Program-made: the position numbers and the translations under genes
IMG/VR virus record: IMGVR_UViG_3300050343_000281
Span: 10,401 to 74,400 of that record
From: a virus
Length of the DNA: 64,000 nt
Strand: one strand, 5' to 3'
Part shown: one piece after another, positions 59,549 to 64,000 of the stretch
Layout of the letters: each line of letters opens with the position of its first letter
Numbering within the stretch: the first letter of the stretch is position 1
Notes under the pieces: model-generated
The model's input: only the letters and a program-made list of their open reading frames with translations
Database searches by the model: none
What the model was told of the DNA's origin: nothing

Positions 59549-60259
59549 CTAATCCTTGTTTAATTTAACTCTATCGTCTATTCCTTTATCTGAACTTTCG
59601 TAAGTTAATAAAAACATTATATTTGCTGCCGCTAGTTTTAAGTGATGTAATCCACTCTCTTCATCTATATCTATTCCCATTTTCCAATGTGCAATGTGTC
59701 TTTCTAAAGATCCTAATACTTTGCTGTAATTTAAACCATCTCCATTTAAGTAATTAGGAATTTTTCCAATTTCTTCTGAGTACTTAGTAGCTCCATATGC
59801 CAAAGCTTCTCCAAGACCCAATGTAAACTCTGGTCTAATCAAGTCAAGTCGTGGCTTCCCCTGGTCAAATTTTAATGGAGTTGTTTTTTCTTCTACGGCT
59901 ATGATTCCAAGATCTCTTTCTAGTTCTTTTTTTGTTCTGCTTAATTTCAAAAGCCTAGATTTTATAGGTACCTTAGCTGGCTTAGTATCCCAAAAATCTA
60001 CTAAAACAGTCTTATCGTCTAGTACCTCAATAACTCTTCCTATTTTATCTTCAGTAAGACCTACTACAGATTTTAACTTTTTAGGTACTTTTGTTAAAAT
60101 TACTTCGTACTTAAACTGAAATGGATTATTATTTTTTTGTTCCTGGGTAACTTCTTCTTTTGGCATTTCTTTTTCTAGTTCTTCAAATATGGCACTAGAG
60201 CTTATTTCAGCCATCCCAGCTTGGGATTGTAACTCTTTAGATTCGTCTATTTTATTCAT
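59549..60259 (-). CDS. DUF5664 (dATP/dGTP diphosphohydrolase-like) domain protein with extra N-terminal domain
   Basis: KFDQGKPRLDLI...LAYGATKY...SLERH....W..G.DIDEESGLHHL..AAAN..FL. Confidence 0.85.
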   Translation of the reverse strand: MNKIDESKELQSQAGMAEISSSAIFEELEKEMPKEEVTQEQKNNNPFQFKYEVILTKVPKKLKSVVGLTEDKIGRVIEVLDDKTVLVDFWDTKPAKVPIKSRLLKLSRTKKELERDLGIIAVEEKTTPLKFDQGKPRLDLIRPEFTLGLGEALAYGATKYSEEIGKIPNYLNGDGLNYSKVLGSLERHIAHWKMGIDIDEESGLHHLKLAAANIMFLLTYESSDKGIDDRVKLNKD

Positions 60260-60270
60260 AGCACTCCTTT

Positions 60271-61242
60271 TTAGTTAGAGTCATCAACTTTTATTATAGC
60301 GTTAACAGCTTTTTTAGTCAAATCATTTTTTTGAGCTAAATTAAACCTTATCAAGTGTTTGTCGTTTTCTTCGTCTATTTTTATAAACTTAACATTAGCT
60401 TTATTGACTATATTATATGATTTTTTATCTGCCCATACACAATAAAACATACCATTTTTAGGAACAACTTGATTGTTGAATAAATAAGAAATTCTATTTA
60501 ATTCATTCCTATTGTTATTAATCAACTCTTTAGAGTCTTTTGAAAAATAATACCAACTAATGGTACTCATTACATCCAATAAATATAACTGACTAATATT
60601 AGAAATTGTACAATTCTCATATAAACTGTCGTAACAATATTTATTATATTGGTTTTTATCATTGGTAGCTATCCATCCTATTCTGGCTCCGGTTAGCCCT
60701 AAGAATTTACTATAAGATCCACAATTTACTATATGATTTGGTACTACAACATGTTCGTTTAAATAAACATCGTTATGGTAAACACTATCCCATATAACAT
60801 TATCTATATTATAGGTGCTAAATTTTCCAAACGGATTAGAAGGGCTGTCTAATAGTGTTAAATTTTCACGTTTGTTTAATACCAAATTACAAGTACTTTC
60901 TAGTTTTTTTACTTGATTCAATCCATTTTTATATACTATATCTGGATAATAAGGAAAGTAGTATTCATTAGTATAGCAATTTACTTTTCCTGCTTTTTTC
61001 ATAGTTCTTAAAACTATGTTAATAGCACTTGTAGTACCGTTAGTTATGATTATGTATTTATAATCAATACCAGTAGATTGTTTTAAAAACTCTCTAGTTA
61101 ATTCTATAAGATCTTGGTTTCCGTAATCTTCTGCGTAAGATAGTTTATCTATGTTTATTTTAAAATTTTTTTTATAATGCTTTTTTAAAACATCCCTTAC
61201 ACAAAAAGGCTCCCCCCACCCTAAGTCTATTTTACTCATCAT
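60271..61242 (-). CDS. PLP-dependent aminotransferase class I/II fold enzyme
   Basis: IDLGWGEP, ITNGTTSAI, SPSNPFG, DSVYH, SYSKFLGLTGARIGW, RFNLA; start moved to MMSKID. Confidence 0.85.
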   Translation of the reverse strand: MMSKIDLGWGEPFCVRDVLKKHYKKNFKINIDKLSYAEDYGNQDLIELTREFLKQSTGIDYKYIIITNGTTSAINIVLRTMKKAGKVNCYTNEYYFPYYPDIVYKNGLNQVKKLESTCNLVLNKRENLTLLDSPSNPFGKFSTYNIDNVIWDSVYHNDVYLNEHVVVPNHIVNCGSYSKFLGLTGARIGWIATNDKNQYNKYCYDSLYENCTISNISQLYLLDVMSTISWYYFSKDSKELINNNRNELNRISYLFNNQVVPKNGMFYCVWADKKSYNIVNKANVKFIKIDEENDKHLIRFNLAQKNDLTKKAVNAIIKVDDSN

Positions 61243-61537
61243 CTTCTTCTTTTTCTTCTTCTTCTTTAAATTGCTCAAATACTTCATCTACTGAGTAAAC
61301 AGCTATTGTCTGTAATAACTCATTTTTAGTAACTTTTTTAACCACTTTACTCGCTACAGCTTTTGCTAAAATATCCGATTTATCTTTAGACTGGTTTTGA
61401 AAATTTCTAATAAACATTTTTTCAAGTTCTTCATTATATTTATTTGTTAATTCCTCAACCAACTCTCTACCCTCTTTTGATAAAGGTACATTTTTAGTTA
61501 AAGTTTTAGTTTCTTTTCCAGTTATAACACATTTCAT
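61232..61537 (-). CDS. Hypothetical protein
   Basis: 101-aa ORF. Confidence 0.65.
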   Translation of the reverse strand: MKCVITGKETKTLTKNVPLSKEGRELVEELTNKYNEELEKMFIRNFQNQSKDKSDILAKAVASKVVKKVTKNELLQTIAVYSVDEVFEQFKEEEEKEEDDE

Positions 61538-62103
61538 TGTATTTCCCCTATATGATCAATAAGTCCTATTTCTAAAGCTTCTTTTGCATTTAAATAAGTG
61601 TCGTATTCTAAAAGTAATTTTAACTGTTTTCTAGTGAATCTGGGCTTTTTTTGCTTTATTTTTTGAAGATAAATATCTTCCATCCACTTTTCATCTTTTC
61701 TATGTTCTTCCATAGATCTATCTGCATTTCTAGGTAGGCTTTGGGGTACATACTCTAATCCAGTATGTACCATTATTTTACTATTAGGAGTCATTATCCT
61801 TCTATCGGCAGCTTGTAGTATTATTGTAGCAGAAGAAGAAACTTCTCCATAACAAATAATCCTTACTACATTTTTACAACCTCTAATTAAGTCAAAAATA
61901 CCCCTGGCAACGCTCACACTCCCTCCATCACTCATTAGCTTTATAGTAATTTCTCCAGTCTTAGAATCCAAAGCATGGAGGTTTTTAGCTAACATTTGAA
62001 ACATATCCTCATCAACTTCTCCAACTACTACAATAGTTTTAGTTTCTAAGAATACACTATTACTGTGAAATTCACTTACCAATTCTTTGAAGCTAGTTGA
62101 CAT
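61534..62103 (-). CDS. ClpP-like protease subunit
   Basis: SDGGSV, SSSAT (Ser), IMVH (His), DTYLNAKEALEIGLID. Confidence 0.85.
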   Translation of the reverse strand: MSTSFKELVSEFHSNSVFLETKTIVVVGEVDEDMFQMLAKNLHALDSKTGEITIKLMSDGGSVSVARGIFDLIRGCKNVVRIICYGEVSSSATIILQAADRRIMTPNSKIMVHTGLEYVPQSLPRNADRSMEEHRKDEKWMEDIYLQKIKQKKPRFTRKQLKLLLEYDTYLNAKEALEIGLIDHIGEIQ

Positions 62104-62104
62104 A

Positions 62105-63064
62105 CTACCCTCTTCTATTGGTATTTCTTAATCTTTTCTCTACTTTAATATTAGTCCTATCTCTATACTCTTTGCCACAATCTGCACACTTGTACTTTTG
62201 ATATTTACTAGCATTTGTATAGTATATTCCATCTTTCTTAATATTAGTAGATCCACAACTACAACGATCATCTTCAAAATATATAGTAAAATTAATAGAA
62301 TCGTCCCAAGGTAACATTATATCGTACAACTCTTCTAGTGAAAGTACATCATATTCATTATATATTTTCATTTCATCCCAAGCTTCTTTATTTCCTCTTT
62401 GGCATTGAGTCCAAAGCTCTTGTCCTGGAAACTTTCCATGATTTAGTTTTTTATACTTTTTACATAACTTATCAGTCAAATAAGCAAGTTTGTTCGAAGT
62501 AAAGCCAAAGTGTCTTTTGGCTAGTATATTAGTATCTATGTTACGAAAACTACTAGTAGGAGACATTCCGTTTAGTATAAATCTAGCATTGATTTTTTTA
62601 ATATCAAAGGCCTTTCCATTATGAGTAACTACAATGTCAGCTTTGTCTAACAGTTTCCAAAGAGGCTTAAGTATTTTTTTATCATCTTCTATATTTTTAG
62701 CGTTCCTTTGGTCCTCATACATAACTTTATCTTCTCTATACCATTTGGCGGACCAGCTCATAATATGCCAGTCTTTTACCATTTGATTAAGACCTAAGTT
62801 ATTATTCCATAGAGTCCAAACATTCCCTAGAATTGGACTAGTTTCAATATCTAGTATTAAAATATTAGGTGTATCTGATTTATTTACTTTTTCCATAACA
62901 GGATATTTATATCTTTCGTAAGCTTTTCTAACACTGTTGTTAGTGGTTTTTACTTTATACTTAGAGTTAATATACTCAGAAATCTCTTTATAAGTATAAT
63001 TATCGTACATCTTAAGAAGATCTTTTATCATACTATCGTTCCATTTTACTAAACTACTCATCAA
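62105..63064 (-). CDS. DEDD/RNase H-like 3'-5' exonuclease with N-terminal HTH and C-terminal Zn ribbon
   Basis: LDIETSP, HNGKAFD, YNEYDV, CSCGS...CADCG. Confidence 0.85.
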   Translation of the reverse strand: MMSSLVKWNDSMIKDLLKMYDNYTYKEISEYINSKYKVKTTNNSVRKAYERYKYPVMEKVNKSDTPNILILDIETSPILGNVWTLWNNNLGLNQMVKDWHIMSWSAKWYREDKVMYEDQRNAKNIEDDKKILKPLWKLLDKADIVVTHNGKAFDIKKINARFILNGMSPTSSFRNIDTNILAKRHFGFTSNKLAYLTDKLCKKYKKLNHGKFPGQELWTQCQRGNKEAWDEMKIYNEYDVLSLEELYDIMLPWDDSINFTIYFEDDRCSCGSTNIKKDGIYYTNASKYQKYKCADCGKEYRDRTNIKVEKRLRNTNRRG

Positions 63065-63069
63065 TACTC

Positions 63070-63297
63070 CTATTCATGTACTTGGATTTGCATACCAAAT
63101 CCTAAAACACTAATACCTATGTTAATATATATTTTGTTAGAGTTCAATAAAAAGTATGTAGGAAATGATACTTTCTTAGACTTTATACTGTCTCCGTATA
63201 TATTATATACTTGTTTGCTATGTTTTATTTCAGGTAATAGTAAAATTACTTTACAAAAACTACAATTTTTATTATATCGTTTATTATATAATATCAT
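63070..63297 (-). CDS. Hypothetical protein
   Basis: 75-aa ORF in operon. Confidence 0.5.
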   Translation of the reverse strand: MILYNKRYNKNCSFCKVILLLPEIKHSKQVYNIYGDSIKSKKVSFPTYFLLNSNKIYINIGISVLGFGMQIQVHE

Positions 63298-63537
63298 TTA
63301 CTGTATTTTTCTTTTCTTTTTACTTTTAGGAATATCTTGATATATATCGTCTATATCTGCTTCTGCAAATTCATCTGATATTCCAAAAGAGTCAGCCATT
63401 TCGTTTATAAAGTCAGTAGAAGTTATAATAAGATAGTCAGGATCTTCTGTGTCATTCAATATAACTTTTTCTAAATTAGGATAAATATCTGAAAGTTCTT
63501 CTAGTAGATTTAATACTTTTTCAAGTTTATGTGACAT
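63298..63537 (-). CDS. Hypothetical protein
   Basis: 79-aa ORF with AGGAG RBS. Confidence 0.65.
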   Translation of the reverse strand: MSHKLEKVLNLLEELSDIYPNLEKVILNDTEDPDYLIITSTDFINEMADSFGISDEFAEADIDDIYQDIPKSKKKRKIQ

Positions 63538-63545
63538 AAGGTCTC

Positions 63546-63752
63546 CTATTTAATATCTCTTTTTATATTAAGCAGTTCTTTTTTTATAATTGACATTTCT
63601 TTTCTATACTTTTGATTGTCTATTTTAGAGCTACTCAGTTCTAATTGCAATACTTTTATACTATGTTCTAATTCTTTTCTTTTTTTATTTAACTGCTTAG
63701 ATAAAACTGCATAATATACACAAAGAGAAGATAGTATGATAATATATATCAT
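63546..63752 (-). CDS. Membrane-anchored coiled-coil protein
   Basis: N-terminal TM. Confidence 0.55.
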   Translation of the reverse strand: MIYIIILSSLCVYYAVLSKQLNKKRKELEHSIKVLQLELSSSKIDNQKYRKEMSIIKKELLNIKRDIK

Positions 63753-64000
63753 TTATTTATCCCTTGTTGTATTTTAAATGCATATCCTGTTATTACCACT
63801 CCTAGTAAAAAGTACCCAACATTGTATATATTGCTTTTAAACTTTTCAGAGGATAATCTACTTCTTTGTAAGTTAGCATCTTCTTTGTAGTATTTGATCA
63901 AAGAATCTTTATGTAAACTAAGGTCTTTTAGTAGTAAGTTAGACTTTTCTGCTTTTACAGCTTTTTCTGCCCGTTCCTTGGTTAGTAATACTCCGCTAAA
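63749..64000 (-). CDS. Partial CDS, coiled coil plus C-terminal TM
   Basis: Open frame from the window edge: FSGVLLTKERAEK...GYFLLGVVITGYAF... Confidence 0.6.
   Translation of the reverse strand, partial: FSGVLLTKERAEKAVKAEKSNLLLKDLSLHKDSLIKYYKEDANLQRSRLSSEKFKSNIYNVGYFLLGVVITGYAFKIQQGINK

Larger units (their letters stand above)
1..64000. mobile_element. Tailed dsDNA phage genome segment, podovirus-like
   Basis: Terminase-portal-scaffold-capsid-tail-ejection protein order, no tape measure or sheath recognised, no host housekeeping genes. Confidence 0.93.

Noticed and set aside
1-64000. Alternative genetic code, tRNAs, integrase or reverse transcriptase/DGR
   Set aside because: Code 11 gives dense full-length genes, and none of these motifs was recognised by eye

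Overview
AT-rich, gene-dense segment of a tailed dsDNA bacteriophage with a podovirus-like layout; no host genes, tRNA/rRNA, CRISPR or integrase were seen. Minus strand 1-17.0 kb: replication/recombination genes (SF4 helicase, Sak-like annealase, Cas4/RecB-like exonuclease, pyrimidine-dimer glycosylase-like) and many small early genes behind sigma70-type promoters, including a probable SAM lyase, a PhaR-type DNA-binding domain and a pentapeptide-repeat protein. Plus strand 17.0-56.3 kb: terminase, portal, scaffold, major capsid, many tail/fibre proteins, a 2031-aa nozzle-like protein and ejection-type proteins, repeatedly preceded by a TAACAACTATA motif (probable late promoter). Minus strand 56.3-64 kb: two ClpP-like proteases, HNH nuclease, DUF5664 domain, PLP aminotransferase and DEDD exonuclease. 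Three observations stand out: (1) a complete vanadium-dependent haloperoxidase-family gene inside the tail-fibre module; (2) an ORF-free, multi-helix ~390-nt region directly behind a late-promoter motif, a candidate large structured phage ncRNA; (3) seven tightly packed sigma54 (-24/-12)-like sites in both orientations next to G-runs near the presumed genome end. All family assignments come from motif recognition by eye; no database searches were run.
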